DNA from: an uncultured Bacilli bacterium
GTDB lineage: Bacteria; Bacillota_I; Bacilli_A; RF39; UBA660
NCBI GenBank assembly: GCA_947589435.1
Contig: CANQBI010000002.1
Coordinates: forward strand, 886 to 64,885
Length of the DNA: 64,000 nucleotides
Reading direction: 5' to 3'
Shown: positions 36,545-47,678 of the stretch, piece after piece
Numbering within the stretch: position 1 is the stretch's first letter
Layout: the number at the start of each line of letters is the position of its first letter
Made by a program: the position numbers and the translations under genes
Notes under the pieces: model-generated
Database searches by the model: none
What the model saw: only the letters and a program-made list of their open reading frames with translations
What the model was told of the DNA's origin: nothing

Positions 36545-38443
36545 ATGAACGACTTTAATTATGATAATGAGATAATTGAATTAGAAAGTGAAACGGAAGA
36601 AGAAAAAAAAGAAGAATTACTTGAAGAAATACCTAAAGAAAAGCCTCATAAAAAGAAGAAAAAGAGTTTAAAAGATTTTTGGAATAATTTAAATAAATGG
36701 CAAAGATTAGGAATTGTTATAGGTATTGGTTTAATTTTACTGGCTATTGCGGGGGTAATTATTTATTTTGTGGTCTTTAAAGGAAGTAAGCCAGAGGAAG
36801 AAGAAAAAGATCCCGTTATAGTGGAAAAAGATAACTATCGTTATGAAGATGGTAATTTAATATTCTTAGACCGTAACGAAGTAGAGTTAGGTAGATACGA
36901 ATGTAATGTCAAAGATAGTGAACAATGTCTAGTGGCTAAAAGTGATTATACAGGTGATGAAATCGAAAGAATAATGAATGTTAATGAACTTGGTGAAGAA
37001 ATCATTAAACCTAGTAAAATATATTTAGATAATTATGTTTTTGTGAAAGATGGGGAAGAGGTATTCTTATATGATATTAAAGGAAAAGATAAAGCTTTAA
37101 TGGTTCATAATTTTAAAGAATATTTAACGAGTAGAGATGTAATTGTCATATCTGATGAATCTGACCGTTATGGTTTAATTGAAATAACCGGCGAAGGTGT
37201 TAATTATTTAATTAGACCATCTTATGATAATTTAGCCATTGTTAATGGTAATTACCTTTATTTAGTCGCTAAAGATAAAGATACTTCTTACATTATTGAT
37301 AGTGCTTCTAAAAAGTTAAGTGGTAATATTAAAGGAGTTATTGCGAGTGCTTCTGATAGTTATGTTGTCAGCAAAGAAAATAGTAAATATATTTTATATG
37401 CTTTAGATGGCACGAAACTTTTAGAAGATTATGATTATATTGGCTTACATGATGGTATTATTTCTTTAGTTAGTAAAGGTCATTTATATTTAGTAAATAA
37501 TGATTTACAAAAATTATATGAAGAAGGAATTAGACTTACGAGTAGTGATTATGTTAAAAAGTATATCTATGATAAAGATAATAATTTAAAAGAAACAAAA
37601 GTGGCTTATGAAATAACTGTTAATGGAAATGAAGTTTTAGTTAATTTAGGAAGCAGTAGTGAGACCATTAATCTAAATGAAGGCAAAGTAAGTGGCACAA
37701 CTTCTTATATGAGTTATTTTGATGGTACTTTATACTTCTATAAAGATGATGAAAAACAAGATTTATTAAGTACTTATAAATGTGTTAATAAAAATGAGTT
37801 AAAAGATAATGCTATATTAGACAGGTGTACAATCTATACTAAAGATAATAAGTATAGTGGTATATATAACAACAACTATGTCTTTATATATGATAATTTA
37901 TCCAATACGGATGCCAAAATCTATTTATATGATTTAAAGACCAAAAAGAATAAAGGAACTTATAGTGATATTATCTTTGTAAATGATACTGATATGGATT
38001 TAGATATTAAACAAATTGATACGACATCCACCTATGTTATTGCGAAAAGTGCGACTGGAGAAAACTCCGGCAACTATGGGGTTATTGAAATAACGGATAA
38101 TAATGTTAAAGGGAAAGTGGAATTTAAATATAAAGAAATAAAAAATAATAATAAACATTATTTAATGGTTAATAAAGAAGACTCTTATAGTGTCTATGAT
38201 AGTAATTTTAAAAAGATAAGTAATGAATTTGATTATATTGATTTATATGATAAATACTATGTAGGTATTAATAACAATAGTTTAAATGTCTATAAATATA
38301 GTAGTGCTTTAGGTATTTTAAATAGTGATTTAGATGTTAAAGATAATAAATATGAAATTAAATTTGATGAAAAAGGTTTTGTTATCACCATTGATGATGA
38401 AGAATACAAATATGATTTAGAAGGATATAGTCGTTATGATTAA
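36545..38443 (+). CDS. membrane-anchored protein with WG-like beta repeats
   Basis: An acidic N-terminus and the TM LGIVIGIGLILLAIAGVIIYFVVF are followed by recurrent segments such as RYGLIEITGEG..YLIRPSYDNL and NYGVIEITDNNVKGKVEFKYKEI. Confidence 0.45.
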   Translation: MNDFNYDNEIIELESETEEEKKEELLEEIPKEKPHKKKKKSLKDFWNNLNKWQRLGIVIGIGLILLAIAGVIIYFVVFKGSKPEEEEKDPVIVEKDNYRYEDGNLIFLDRNEVELGRYECNVKDSEQCLVAKSDYTGDEIERIMNVNELGEEIIKPSKIYLDNYVFVKDGEEVFLYDIKGKDKALMVHNFKEYLTSRDVIVISDESDRYGLIEITGEGVNYLIRPSYDNLAIVNGNYLYLVAKDKDTSYIIDSASKKLSGNIKGVIASASDSYVVSKENSKYILYALDGTKLLEDYDYIGLHDGIISLVSKGHLYLVNNDLQKLYEEGIRLTSSDYVKKYIYDKDNNLKETKVAYEITVNGNEVLVNLGSSSETINLNEGKVSGTTSYMSYFDGTLYFYKDDEKQDLLSTYKCVNKNELKDNAILDRCTIYTKDNKYSGIYNNNYVFIYDNLSNTDAKIYLYDLKTKKNKGTYSDIIFVNDTDMDLDIKQIDTTSTYVIAKSATGENSGNYGVIEITDNNVKGKVEFKYKEIKNNNKHYLMVNKEDSYSVYDSNFKKISNEFDYIDLYDKYYVGINNNSLNVYKYSSALGILNSDLDVKDNKYEIKFDEKGFVITIDDEEYKYDLEGYSRYD

Positions 38444-39341
38444 TAAAAAGACTGTCCTGGCGACCATTATTGCTCTTTTAATAATTTTTGTTCCTTTAAC
38501 AATTGCGTCATACTTCTTAAAAGAAAAAGAAAACCCTTTTGATAAAAATCCGGGACATGATTTTTATTATAAAGAGATGCTGTGGTTTTATGAAGGTAAT
38601 GATTTAATTAATACATATCATTGTAATACCACTTCTTGTGATTATGCCGAATATGTTATTGATGATGAAGATATTAATTATTATAAAGATGGTAATCTAA
38701 AAAAGAGTGAAGTTATAAATAATAATTATGTTTTTATTAAAGATGGGGCTTTAACTAATCTTTATAGTTTAGATTATGGTAAAGTTTTACAAAGTTATAA
38801 ACAAGTAAAAACTTATAATACCAAAGTTTTTGATAATACTTATATTTTACAAAATCAAGATAATTTATGGGGAGCTATCAGTGTTTCGGAAAACATTAAT
38901 AGCGTTTTACCTTTTGAATATAGTTTTGTGGGATTAAGAGATAATTTAAATGAAGATGGCTCTTTAAATACCGATATGTTTATTGTATCTAAAAATAATA
39001 AATGGTATTTAGTAAGTAAAGATAATGAAAAAAAGTCTTCGGAGTTTGATAGCAAAATAGTTGATTTCAATGATAAATTAATTGTTACTAAAGGAAGTAG
39101 TTATCATATTTATAACTATGATAAAAATGAATATTTAATTGATTATAATATCAATGATTATGGGTTAGTTAAAGATTATCTTTTAATTATTAGTAATAAT
39201 ATGTTATATATTTATAAAGATATTAGTAATGGTTATTTAAAGAGTTATAATGTTTCCAGTGGTAAGTTAAATACCGAAATAGAGAATAACAAAATAATCA
39301 TTAAAATTGGGGAAAATGTGATTGATACTCTTGATGTTTAA
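38436..39341 (+). CDS. membrane-anchored protein with WG-like beta repeats (paralogous to previous gene)
   Basis: It overlaps the upstream stop by 8 nt. The TM is VLATIIALLIIFVPLTIASYF. Repeat-like segments include LWGAISVSENINSVLPFEYSFVGL and KWYLVSKDNEKKSSEFD. Confidence 0.45.
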   Translation: MINKKTVLATIIALLIIFVPLTIASYFLKEKENPFDKNPGHDFYYKEMLWFYEGNDLINTYHCNTTSCDYAEYVIDDEDINYYKDGNLKKSEVINNNYVFIKDGALTNLYSLDYGKVLQSYKQVKTYNTKVFDNTYILQNQDNLWGAISVSENINSVLPFEYSFVGLRDNLNEDGSLNTDMFIVSKNNKWYLVSKDNEKKSSEFDSKIVDFNDKLIVTKGSSYHIYNYDKNEYLIDYNINDYGLVKDYLLIISNNMLYIYKDISNGYLKSYNVSSGKLNTEIENNKIIIKIGENVIDTLDV

Positions 39342-39369
39342 AAATAATTTTGATAAAATTAAAGAAGTT

Positions 39370-39550
39370 TATATGAAGAAGTTGAGGGATATAGGATTTC
39401 TTTTAAAGAGAGTTAGTGGATGGTGCAAACTAATAAAAGAAGAATATATTTGTTGCAATGGAGTATAAAAGCAGAAATGCGTTATAATTTAAAGAAAAAA
39501 TAAAGGTGGTACCGCGGTAATTTCGCCCTTTGGTATAGCCTTTTTCTTTT
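39370..39550 (+). promoter_or_regulatory. T-box leader (tRNA-sensing riboswitch) controlling valS
   Basis: AGAGAGT (39407-39413) is followed by the distal GGATGGTGCAAAC. The T-box sequence AAAGGTGGTACCGCG lies at 39502-39516. The terminator 3' arm GGTATAGCCTTT plus T run lies at 39532-39550. A GUU triplet at 39452-39454 is a possible Val specifier. Confidence 0.85.
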
Positions 39551-39562
39551 GGAGGAAAGTTT

Positions 39563-42079
39563 ATGTTAGAAAAAAAGTATAATCATTTAGAAGTAGAGAA
39601 AGGAGTTTATGATAATTGGCTAGAGTCACATTATTTTGAATGTGGGGATACCTCAAAAAAGCCATACGCTATTGTTATTCCCCCACCTAATGTTACAGGA
39701 AAACTTCATTTAGGACATGCTTGGGATACGGCTTTACAAGATATTATTATTCGTTTTAAAAGAATGCAAGGTTATGATACTTTGTGGCTTCCGGGAATGG
39801 ACCATGCCGCCATTGCGACTGAAGCTAAGGTAGTTCATCGGTTAAAAGAAAAAGGTATCAATAAGTATGAACTTGGAAGAGAAGAATTTTTAAAAGAATG
39901 TTTTAAATGGACAGACGAGCATAAAGATATTATTCATAAACAATGGGCCAAACTAGGTCTTTCGGTTGATTTAACTAAAGAAAGATTTACCCTTGATGAA
40001 GGACTAGAAAAGGCCGTTAAATATGTTTTTGTTAATCTTTATAATAAAGGATTAATTTATCAAGGGGAAAAGATTATTAACTGGGACCCGGTAGCGAAGA
40101 CCGCCTTATCTAATGAAGAAGTTATCTATAAAGATGTTAAAGGAGCTTTCTATCATTTAAAATATTTTATTGAAGGTACCACTGACTTTTTAGAAGTAGC
40201 TACAACAAGACCAGAAACTTTATTTGGAGATACGGCAGTGGCCGTAAATCCCGAAGATGAAAGATATAAAGATTTAATTGGTAAAAATGTTATCTTACCA
40301 GTTGTAGGTAAGTTAATTCCGATTATTGGGGATGAACACGCGGACCCTGAATTTGGAACAGGTGTTGTTAAAATTACGCCCGCGCATGACCCCAATGACT
40401 ATGAAGTAGGACTTAGACATAATTTAGAGAGAATAAAAGTCTTAAATGAAGATGGTACGATGAATGAATATGCGGGTAAATATGAAGGAATGGACCGTTT
40501 TGCAGCAAGAGAGGCCTTAGTTAAAGATTTAGAAAAAGAGGGTATCTTAATAAAAATTGAAGAAATTACCCATAGTGTGGGACATTCGGAAAGAACAGAT
40601 GCCATGGTGGAACCATATTTATCAAAGCAATGGTTTGTTAAAATGGATGAACTATCCAAAAGAGTAGTGGAAAATCAAAAAAATAAAGATACTAAAGTTA
40701 ATTTTATTCCTCCTCGTTTTGAAAAAATTATGAATAATTGGATGAGTGATTGCCACGATTGGTGTATATCTCGGCAACTTTGGTGGGGACATAGAATTCC
40801 CGCTTGGTATAAAGATGATGAAGTGTATGTAGGGTATGACGCACCGACGGGTGAAGGTTGGCATCAAGATGAAGATGTTCTAGATACTTGGTTTTCATCT
40901 GCTTTATGGCCATTTGCGACAATGGGTTGGCCAGATGAAACAGACCTTTATAAAAGATATTTTCCAACCGATGTTTTAGTTACGGGTTACGATATTATTT
41001 TCTTCTGGGTTTGCCGGATGACTTTTGAATCTTTAGAGTTTACGGACCAAAGACCATTTGAAAAATGTTTAATTCATGGTCTTATAAGAGACAAACTTGG
41101 TAGAAAAATGAGTAAGTCTTTAGGAAATGGGGTAGACCCAATGGATATGATTGAAACTTATGGCGCCGATGCTTTAAGATATTACTTAACAACCTCAACG
41201 GCCCCAGGTATGGACTTAAGATTCGATGAAGAAAAGTTAAAATCCACTTGGAACTTTATCAATAAACTTTGGAATGCTTCTCGTTTTGTACTCATGAATA
41301 TTGAAAGTGTTAAAGAAGTAGATTTAACTAATTTACAAAAACACGATGAATGGATTTTAACTAAATTAAATCAGACGATTAAAGATGTTACGAAAGCGAT
41401 GGAGAAGTTTGAATTCAATAATGTTAATACCGCCATTTATTCCTTTATTTGGAATGATTTCTGTGATAACTATATTGAAATGGCGAAGTTTAGTATTGAT
41501 ACTGTTGGTACCAAGAGTACCTTACTTTATACTTTAACTTGTATTTTAAAAATGTTACATCCATTTATGCCTTATGTAACTAGTGTCATTTATGATTATC
41601 TGCCAATTAAAGAGGAAAATATTATGATTAGTTCTTATCCTGTCTATGATAAAAAACAAATATTTCCGGATAGTGAGATAGAAGTAGATGAAATAATTGA
41701 ATTTATCAAAAACTTTAGAACAACTATTAAAGAAAATAATATTTTACCAAGTTATGAAGTTAAATTGAACTTTAATGAAATCTTAGTTAATAAAATCTTA
41801 AAGTTAGAAGGTAAAATAATAAATGAAGATAAAGATATAACGGCCTTTAAAGTAAATACTAAAAATTATGAAGCAATTATCTATTATGAAAAAGAAATTA
41901 CGGAAGATGATTTAAGATTAAAAGAAAAACAAATTAATGAATTAAAAGTATCAATCGAAAAAAGAGAGAATTTACTTAATAATGCTAATTTTGTCAGTAA
42001 AGCTCCAAAAGATTTAGTGGAAAAAGAAAAACAAAAATTAGCAGATGAAAAAGAAGAATTAAATAAATTATTAAGTTAA
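39563..42079 (+). CDS. valS: valine--tRNA ligase
   Basis: The HIGH-type motif is [14 protein letters not shown] and the KMSKS motif is KMSKSLGN. The C-terminus is a coiled coil. Confidence 0.97.
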   Translation: MLEKKYNHLEVEKGVYDNWLESHYFECGDTSKKPYAIVIPPPNVTGKLHLGHAWDTALQDIIIRFKRMQGYDTLWLPGMDHAAIATEAKVVHRLKEKGINKYELGREEFLKECFKWTDEHKDIIHKQWAKLGLSVDLTKERFTLDEGLEKAVKYVFVNLYNKGLIYQGEKIINWDPVAKTALSNEEVIYKDVKGAFYHLKYFIEGTTDFLEVATTRPETLFGDTAVAVNPEDERYKDLIGKNVILPVVGKLIPIIGDEHADPEFGTGVVKITPAHDPNDYEVGLRHNLERIKVLNEDGTMNEYAGKYEGMDRFAAREALVKDLEKEGILIKIEEITHSVGHSERTDAMVEPYLSKQWFVKMDELSKRVVENQKNKDTKVNFIPPRFEKIMNNWMSDCHDWCISRQLWWGHRIPAWYKDDEVYVGYDAPTGEGWHQDEDVLDTWFSSALWPFATMGWPDETDLYKRYFPTDVLVTGYDIIFFWVCRMTFESLEFTDQRPFEKCLIHGLIRDKLGRKMSKSLGNGVDPMDMIETYGADALRYYLTTSTAPGMDLRFDEEKLKSTWNFINKLWNASRFVLMNIESVKEVDLTNLQKHDEWILTKLNQTIKDVTKAMEKFEFNNVNTAIYSFIWNDFCDNYIEMAKFSIDTVGTKSTLLYTLTCILKMLHPFMPYVTSVIYDYLPIKEENIMISSYPVYDKKQIFPDSEIEVDEIIEFIKNFRTTIKENNILPSYEVKLNFNEILVNKILKLEGKIINEDKDITAFKVNTKNYEAIIYYEKEITEDDLRLKEKQINELKVSIEKRENLLNNANFVSKAPKDLVEKEKQKLADEKEELNKLLS

Positions 42080-42083
42080 AATA

Positions 42084-42118
42084 AAAATGCGAGATAACTT
42101 AAATTTCTCGCATTTTTT
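42084..42118. terminator. bidirectional terminator shared by valS and def
   Basis: The stem AAAATGCGAGA / TCTCGCATTTT has A and T runs on either side. The def stop codon lies in the loop. Confidence 0.8.
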
Positions 42119-42650
42119 CTTTATCTTTAAACGGATTTTTAGGATCTATCTTATCCACAAATAATATCCCATTTAAATGGTCCATTTCATGTTGGAAGGC
42201 TACTGAAATATCTTCTCTTACTCTTATTTCTTTAGTGTTTCCTTCCATATCTTGATATTGAACTCGCATTCTTGCATATCTTGGAACAATACCACAAACC
42301 TCTCTATTAACTGATAAACAGCCTTCACCTTCACCAACATAGATTAATTCTTCACTATGACTAAGCATTTTAGGATTAATAATAATATAGTTTTCAAACT
42401 CACCTTTATCGACTTCTTCCACGATAACAAAAATATTTTTAGGAATACCTAGTTGAATAAAAGCCAGTCCCATACCTGGTCTTAAATCATATTTTTCAGA
42501 ATATTCTTCAATTTGACTCATAGTAAGATAAGTAATTATATCTTCGATAGTCTTTTTATCTTCTTTAGATAAAGGAAATGTAACTTCATTACTTATTTTT
42601 CTTAAGGTTTTATTTTTTTCATCTAATATTTTTAAATCTGGTAACTTCAT
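42099..42650 (-). CDS. def: peptide deformylase
   Basis: Motifs seen: GMGLAFIQLG, EGCLS, HEMDHLNG. Confidence 0.93.
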   Translation of the reverse strand: MKLPDLKILDEKNKTLRKISNEVTFPLSKEDKKTIEDIITYLTMSQIEEYSEKYDLRPGMGLAFIQLGIPKNIFVIVEEVDKGEFENYIIINPKMLSHSEELIYVGEGEGCLSVNREVCGIVPRYARMRVQYQDMEGNTKEIRVREDISVAFQHEMDHLNGILFVDKIDPKNPFKDKEKMREI

Positions 42651-42663
42651 AATTTATTCCTTT

Positions 42664-43479
42664 CTATTTAGCATAAGGATCTTTTCTTGCTTTCTTAAAT
42701 CTTTTGGTTGCCACTGCTTCCATATTAAGTCTTTGGGTTGTGGCTAATTCTTCTTTAATATCTTTTATTCTAGATGTGTATGCTTCTTTTTCTTCTTCAG
42801 TTGGATTATCCCTTAAAAGAGCATATAAGTTTTGTAATTCTAATTTAATATCTTCACCATTAAAACTATGTTTAACCTTTCGCTTTGGATTAGTTCTGTT
42901 TTCATAATTGATTGCCAAACCTGCGAGTAATTTTATTCTTTTAAAGTCTGTTCCAAAGTAGCCTTTAATTCGATTATGATATGATGAATATTCATAGATA
43001 AATCTTTGCATTTCTAAAAGAGCTCTCTTTTTTAAATCTTTATCTAAAGTACTTTGATGTTCTAGTTCTAAGTAGACTTTTCTAAATAAGGGATTACCCC
43101 AGTTGTTATTATGAAACTGATAATAAAATTCTTTCATAAATTTAGCATCTTCAATATGATTTTGATAATATTTAACTAAATAATCTCTATTTAAGAAAAT
43201 TCTATCTTCCGCAAATGTTAAATTAAAAAATAAGGTACAAGGATAGGGGCCATTACCAAATTCGGCGATGGCTAAATTCTTTGACCAATCAGATGGTGTT
43301 ATTATACCAGAGTCCATAAGCCAGTATTTTAAAGCATTTAAACTGGTAAATTTACTTGTAAATTCCGTAATACCTTCTAGTGTTTTTTCATTCGTTTTAA
43401 AACCAGGTATATCACTATATCCCTTTAGTTCTTTTTGGAAACGATTACCATTACATACAACTAAACTGTACCTCATCAT
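42664..43479 (-). CDS. hypothetical protein (271 aa), distant paralogue of 59987-60637
   Basis: The start is set at the ATGATG after the GAGGGGGA RBS. The track start at 43530 falls in the -35 hexamer. It shares with the other protein an N-terminal beta-strand plus an I(T/D)(E/N)FTS(K/R)FT motif. Confidence 0.6.
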   Translation of the reverse strand: MMRYSLVVCNGNRFQKELKGYSDIPGFKTNEKTLEGITEFTSKFTSLNALKYWLMDSGIITPSDWSKNLAIAEFGNGPYPCTLFFNLTFAEDRIFLNRDYLVKYYQNHIEDAKFMKEFYYQFHNNNWGNPLFRKVYLELEHQSTLDKDLKKRALLEMQRFIYEYSSYHNRIKGYFGTDFKRIKLLAGLAINYENRTNPKRKVKHSFNGEDIKLELQNLYALLRDNPTEEEKEAYTSRIKDIKEELATTQRLNMEAVATKRFKKARKDPYAK

Positions 43480-43501
43480 AATCCCCCTCATATCTGGGTA
43501 A

Positions 43502-43530
43502 ATTATAGCACTTTTTCTTAAAATTGTCAA
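43502..43530 (-). promoter_or_regulatory. near-consensus promoter of the 271-aa gene
   Basis: On the minus strand: TTGACA, 17-nt spacer, TGcTATAAT. A second TTGACA lies 5 nt further upstream. Confidence 0.7.
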
Positions 43531-43626
43531 GTTTGTGTCAATTTAAATATGAAATTCAGAAGAATAAAATCAATTAAATAACATATAATAATTATATAGA
43601 AATTATATAAAAAATACATAAAATCG

Positions 43627-43655
43627 TTGATTTTAGGGTACAAATATGGTATTCT
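43627..43655 (+). promoter_or_regulatory. promoter of the toxin-antitoxin operon
   Basis: TTGATT, 17-nt spacer, TGgTATTCT. Confidence 0.5.
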
Positions 43656-43677
43656 TATCTGGTAAGGAGATGAAATT

Positions 43678-44001
43678 ATGGCTAATATGACAACGACCAT
43701 AAGTGTTCAAATTAATACTAAAGACAAGGAAGAAGTAGGCAAAATACTGCAAAAATTAGGTATAACTTTAAGTGGCCTTATTAATATGACTATTAAGCAA
43801 ACCATCTTAAAAAAGAAAATACCTTTTGAAGTATCTGCCGAAGAAGAATATGAAGATGACATTGAAAAATTTTTCACTAAAAAAGAAATCAAAGAAATGA
43901 TGAAAGAAGTAAAATATATTAAAAAGCACATTGATGAATATCCAAAATACGATAATTGGGAAGATTTAAAGGAAGCCTTATTATCGGATGATGACGAATA
44001 G
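43678..44001 (+). CDS. RelB/DinJ-family antitoxin
   Basis: The ribbon-helix-helix N-terminus is TTTISVQINTKDKEEVGKILQKLGITLSGLINMTIKQ. It overlaps the toxin gene by 14 nt. Confidence 0.8.
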   Translation: MANMTTTISVQINTKDKEEVGKILQKLGITLSGLINMTIKQTILKKKIPFEVSAEEEYEDDIEKFFTKKEIKEMMKEVKYIKKHIDEYPKYDNWEDLKEALLSDDDE

Positions 44002-44287
44002 TCCTTATAAATATAAAGTTGTTTATTCATCACAGTTTAAAAGTGCTTTAAAAAAAGTTACCAAACAAGGTAAAGATTTAGAAAAATTAAGAGTGGTTGT
44101 TCAAAAGTTATCAATTAAAGAAAAATTAGATCCTAAATATCTTAATCATCCATTAAAAAGAAGTAAGAAATATAAAAATTGTTTTGAATGTCATATTGAA
44201 CCTGATTGGTTATTAATCTATGAGTATGTAGGTGATGATTTAGTTTTATTGTTAGTTAATACCGGAAGTCATAGTGATCTTTTATAG
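43988..44287 (+). CDS. YafQ/RelE-family mRNA interferase toxin
   Basis: Motifs seen: F.SALKKVTKQGKDL, LDPKYLNHPLK, CHIEPDWLLIY, and the C-terminus NTGSHSDLL. Confidence 0.8.
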   Translation: MMTNSPYKYKVVYSSQFKSALKKVTKQGKDLEKLRVVVQKLSIKEKLDPKYLNHPLKRSKKYKNCFECHIEPDWLLIYEYVGDDLVLLLVNTGSHSDLL

Positions 44288-44341
44288 CACTAACTTCTTT
44301 TTTTTGTGGGCTTTTTATGTTATTATATTGGTGGTGTTTAT

Positions 44342-46147
44342 ATGCAAGAAGAGAATATACGAAATTTTTCCATTATTGCTCATATTGATCATGGTAAGAG
44401 TACTCTTGCTGATCGGATTTTAGAATATACCGGTGCGGTTTCTAAAAGAGAATTAAAAGAGCAAATGTTAGATAGTATGGACATTGAAAGAGAAAGAGGC
44501 ATAACTATTAAACTTAATACAGTTAAGTTAAAATATCAAAAAGATGATAAAGAATATATTTTGAATTTAATAGATACGCCCGGACATGTCGATTTTTCGT
44601 ATGAAGTAAGTAGAAGTTTAGCGGCTTGTGAAGGAGCCATTTTAGTCGTGGATGCGGCCCAAGGAATTGAGGCTCAAACACTTGCTAATTTATATTTAGC
44701 GATGCAAAATGATTTAACCATAATTCCAGTTATTAATAAAATAGATTTACCTAATGCGGATATTCCTAAAGTTTCTAAAGAATTACATGATGTTTTAGGT
44801 TTTAAAGAAGAAGAAATCATCTTATGTAGTGGCAAAACTGGCGAAGGCGTTAAAGACTTATTAGATGCCGTAGTAGATAGAATTCCGGAACCTAAAATTA
44901 ACTTAAATAATCCAACAAGGGCTTTAATATATGATTCTTATTTTGATAGTTATAAAGGAGTTGTTTTATTAGTTAAAGTTGTCGATGGGGAAATAAAATT
45001 AAAAGATACAATTAAAACGATGGCTACCCATAAAAGTTTTGAAGTGACGGAACTCGGTGTTAAAACTCCCAAAGAAGAACAATTAAAATCTTTAAAAAGT
45101 GGCGAAGTTGGTTATGTTTGTGCGGCGATTAAAGATATTTCAAGTGTTCACGTAGGAGATACTATCACCACTAAAGAAAGAGAGGCCACTACACCACTTG
45201 AGGGATATAAACCAATGAAACCGATGGTTTATTCCGGTATTTATCCAGTTGAAGCTAATAAATATGAAATGTTAAAAGATGCTTTAAATAAATTAAAATT
45301 AAATGATGCTTCCCTTATTTTTGAACCGGTTACCAGTGAAGCCTTAGGTTTTGGTTTTCATACTGGGTTTTTAGGCCTTTTACATTCGGAAATAATTACA
45401 ACAAGACTTGAAAGAGAATTTAACTTAGATATTGTGGTAACAAGTCCGACAGTTTTATATGAGGCTTACCTTACAAATGGGGATGTTGTGATGGTGGATA
45501 ATCCGAATAAAATGCCTCCAAGGGAAAGACTAGCTAAAATTGAGGAACCTTATATATATACCAGTATTATTGCTCCCTCATCATACATTGGGAGCATTAT
45601 GGAACTTTGTCAAAATAAAAGAGGAATTTATAAAAGTATTGAATATATTAATGACACCAGAGTAAATATTCATTATGAACTACCTCTTGCGGAAGTTGTC
45701 TATGATTTTTATGATAAACTTAAAAGTAGAACCAATGGTTATGCTTCATTTGATTATGATTTAATTGGGTATAAAGAAAGTGATTTAGTTAAAATGGATA
45801 TTTTACTAAACGGGGAAAAAGTTGATGCTCTATCTTTAATTATTCATAAAGATTTTGCTTATGAAAAGGGAAGAAGTATCACCGAAAAATTAAGAACAGT
45901 TATTCCAAGACAAATGTTTCAAGTATCTATTCAAGCAAGTATTGGTTCTAAAGTAATTGCAAGAGAAAATATCAGTGCGATGCGGAAAAATGTCTTAGCT
46001 AAGTGTTATGGTGGCGATGTTTCCAGAAAAAGAAAGTTACTCGAAGCCCAAAAAGAAGGTAAAAAGAGAATGAAGATGGTGGGAAGAGTGGAAGTTCCGG
46101 CCGAAGCCTTCTTAAGTATTTTAAGTAGTGAGGATGATAAAAAATGA
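44342..46147 (+). CDS. lepA: translation elongation factor 4 (LepA)
   Basis: Motifs seen: [29 protein letters not shown], and the LepA C-terminal [14 protein letters not shown]. The start is set at ATG 44342 after GGTGGTG. Confidence 0.96.
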   Translation: MQEENIRNFSIIAHIDHGKSTLADRILEYTGAVSKRELKEQMLDSMDIERERGITIKLNTVKLKYQKDDKEYILNLIDTPGHVDFSYEVSRSLAACEGAILVVDAAQGIEAQTLANLYLAMQNDLTIIPVINKIDLPNADIPKVSKELHDVLGFKEEEIILCSGKTGEGVKDLLDAVVDRIPEPKINLNNPTRALIYDSYFDSYKGVVLLVKVVDGEIKLKDTIKTMATHKSFEVTELGVKTPKEEQLKSLKSGEVGYVCAAIKDISSVHVGDTITTKEREATTPLEGYKPMKPMVYSGIYPVEANKYEMLKDALNKLKLNDASLIFEPVTSEALGFGFHTGFLGLLHSEIITTRLEREFNLDIVVTSPTVLYEAYLTNGDVVMVDNPNKMPPRERLAKIEEPYIYTSIIAPSSYIGSIMELCQNKRGIYKSIEYINDTRVNIHYELPLAEVVYDFYDKLKSRTNGYASFDYDLIGYKESDLVKMDILLNGEKVDALSLIIHKDFAYEKGRSITEKLRTVIPRQMFQVSIQASIGSKVIARENISAMRKNVLAKCYGGDVSRKRKLLEAQKEGKKRMKMVGRVEVPAEAFLSILSSEDDKK

Positions 46148-46554
46148 ATGAACAAATAAGAGAAGTTGCCGAATATATAATAGATATGCATACCATAAGG
46201 GAAGCCGCTAAACATTTTGGTAAATCCGAAAGTAGTATTAAAAAATATTTAAGTGTGGTAAGAGATAATACTAAAGAAGGGTATGATGCGATTCTCCATC
46301 AAAAGTTAGACCTTGCTCAACAAAAGATAATGTTACTCGGAGTTAAAAAAGGTGGTATGGTTGGAAAAAGAAAAAGTACTATAGATGAAGATACTGCTAA
46401 AATGTTGGGGGAAGATTACATTAAAAACGGTCTATCTTTAAGAGAATTAGAGGCTAAAAGTGGAATACCTAAGTCTACTTTACATGAAAATATTCATAAA
46501 ATAGAAGATTCAGAATTTCAAGAAGAATTAAATCATTATACTAAAGGACATTAA
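46144..46554 (+). CDS. putative HTH regulator with two SpoIIID-like helix-turn-helix segments
   Basis: [30 protein letters not shown] and [21 protein letters not shown] both resemble the SpoIIID HTH. The call is weak and made by eye only. Confidence 0.3.
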   Translation: MNEQIREVAEYIIDMHTIREAAKHFGKSESSIKKYLSVVRDNTKEGYDAILHQKLDLAQQKIMLLGVKKGGMVGKRKSTIDEDTAKMLGEDYIKNGLSLRELEAKSGIPKSTLHENIHKIEDSEFQEELNHYTKGH

Positions 46555-46555
46555 A

Positions 46556-47647
46556 ATGGAAGAAGTTAGTAGTGTTTATATTCATATTCCTTTTTGTCAT
46601 AAAATTTGTCCTTATTGTGATTTTTGCAAAGTTATTTATAATTCTTCTTGGGTTAAAGCCTATCTTCCTAAATTAAAGGAAGAAATAATAGAAAGTTATA
46701 TGGGCGAAGATATTAAAACCATCTACATTGGGGGTGGTACTCCCAGTGCTCTTTCACTTGAAGAAATAGAATATGTTTTAAATTTAACAAATATCTTTAA
46801 TAAAGACAAATTAGAAGAATTTACTTTTGAATGTAATATTGAAGATATAAATAATGACTTAATAAGTTTACTTAAAAGATATGGCGTAAATAGAATAAGC
46901 CTAGGCATTGAAAGCTTTTTAGCCCAAAATTACCCTTATTTAAAAAGAAAAAATGATTTTAAAGAAGTAGAAAATAAAATAAAAATGATTAAAGATATGG
47001 GAATAACTAATATCAATGTCGATTTAATTTATGCAATTCCTGGTGAAGAATTAAAAGACTTAAAAGAAGATTTAAAATACTTTTTAAAATTAGATGTTCC
47101 GCACATTAGTACTTATAGTTTAATGATTCAAGATAATACTTGTCTAGGTATTGATAAGGTTAAAGAAATACCAGAAGAACTTGATTATGAAATGTATGAA
47201 TTAATTCAAAAAACTTTAACTAAAAATGGTTACACGCAATATGAACTATCTAATTATGCTAAAGAGGGGTATGAATCGAAACATAACTTAGTTTATTGGC
47301 ATAATTTAGAATATTATGGCTTTGGCTGTGGCGCTTCTGGTTATACTTTTGGGGTTCGCTACGATAATACTAAAAGTTTAACTAATTATTTAAATGGGAA
47401 AAGAAGAGATAAAGAAGAACTTTTAGATAAAATGGCTATCATGAAATATGAAGTTATTTTAGGTTTAAGAAAAACTAAAGGTATTAATATAAGAAAATTT
47501 TATGATAAATATGGTGTTAATATTGCTGATGTTTTTCCGGTAAAAAAACTACTGCAAAATAAAGAATTATTATATATTGATGGCTATTTAAAAATTAATC
47601 CCACATATTTATATGTGATGAATGAAATTTTAATTAAACTAGTATAA
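46556..47647 (+). CDS. hemW: radical SAM heme chaperone HemW (HemN-like)
   Basis: Motif YIHIPFCHKICPYCDF is present. The gene follows lepA as in B. subtilis. Confidence 0.88.
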   Translation: MEEVSSVYIHIPFCHKICPYCDFCKVIYNSSWVKAYLPKLKEEIIESYMGEDIKTIYIGGGTPSALSLEEIEYVLNLTNIFNKDKLEEFTFECNIEDINNDLISLLKRYGVNRISLGIESFLAQNYPYLKRKNDFKEVENKIKMIKDMGITNINVDLIYAIPGEELKDLKEDLKYFLKLDVPHISTYSLMIQDNTCLGIDKVKEIPEELDYEMYELIQKTLTKNGYTQYELSNYAKEGYESKHNLVYWHNLEYYGFGCGASGYTFGVRYDNTKSLTNYLNGKRRDKEELLDKMAIMKYEVILGLRKTKGINIRKFYDKYGVNIADVFPVKKLLQNKELLYIDGYLKINPTYLYVMNEILIKLV

Positions 47648-47678
47648 AAAAGTTTTATCATCCCAAACTATTTAAGGG

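Noticed and set aside
43480-43530. Longer N-terminal extensions offered by the ORF track (43530, 58767, 13995, 21419, 60652, 44306, 25511, 32893, 16911, 29261, 12230, 6991, 7988).
   Set aside because: The extensions run into promoters or terminators, or lack an RBS. Internal starts with good Shine-Dalgarno spacing match the N-termini of known homologues. The exact starts remain predictions.
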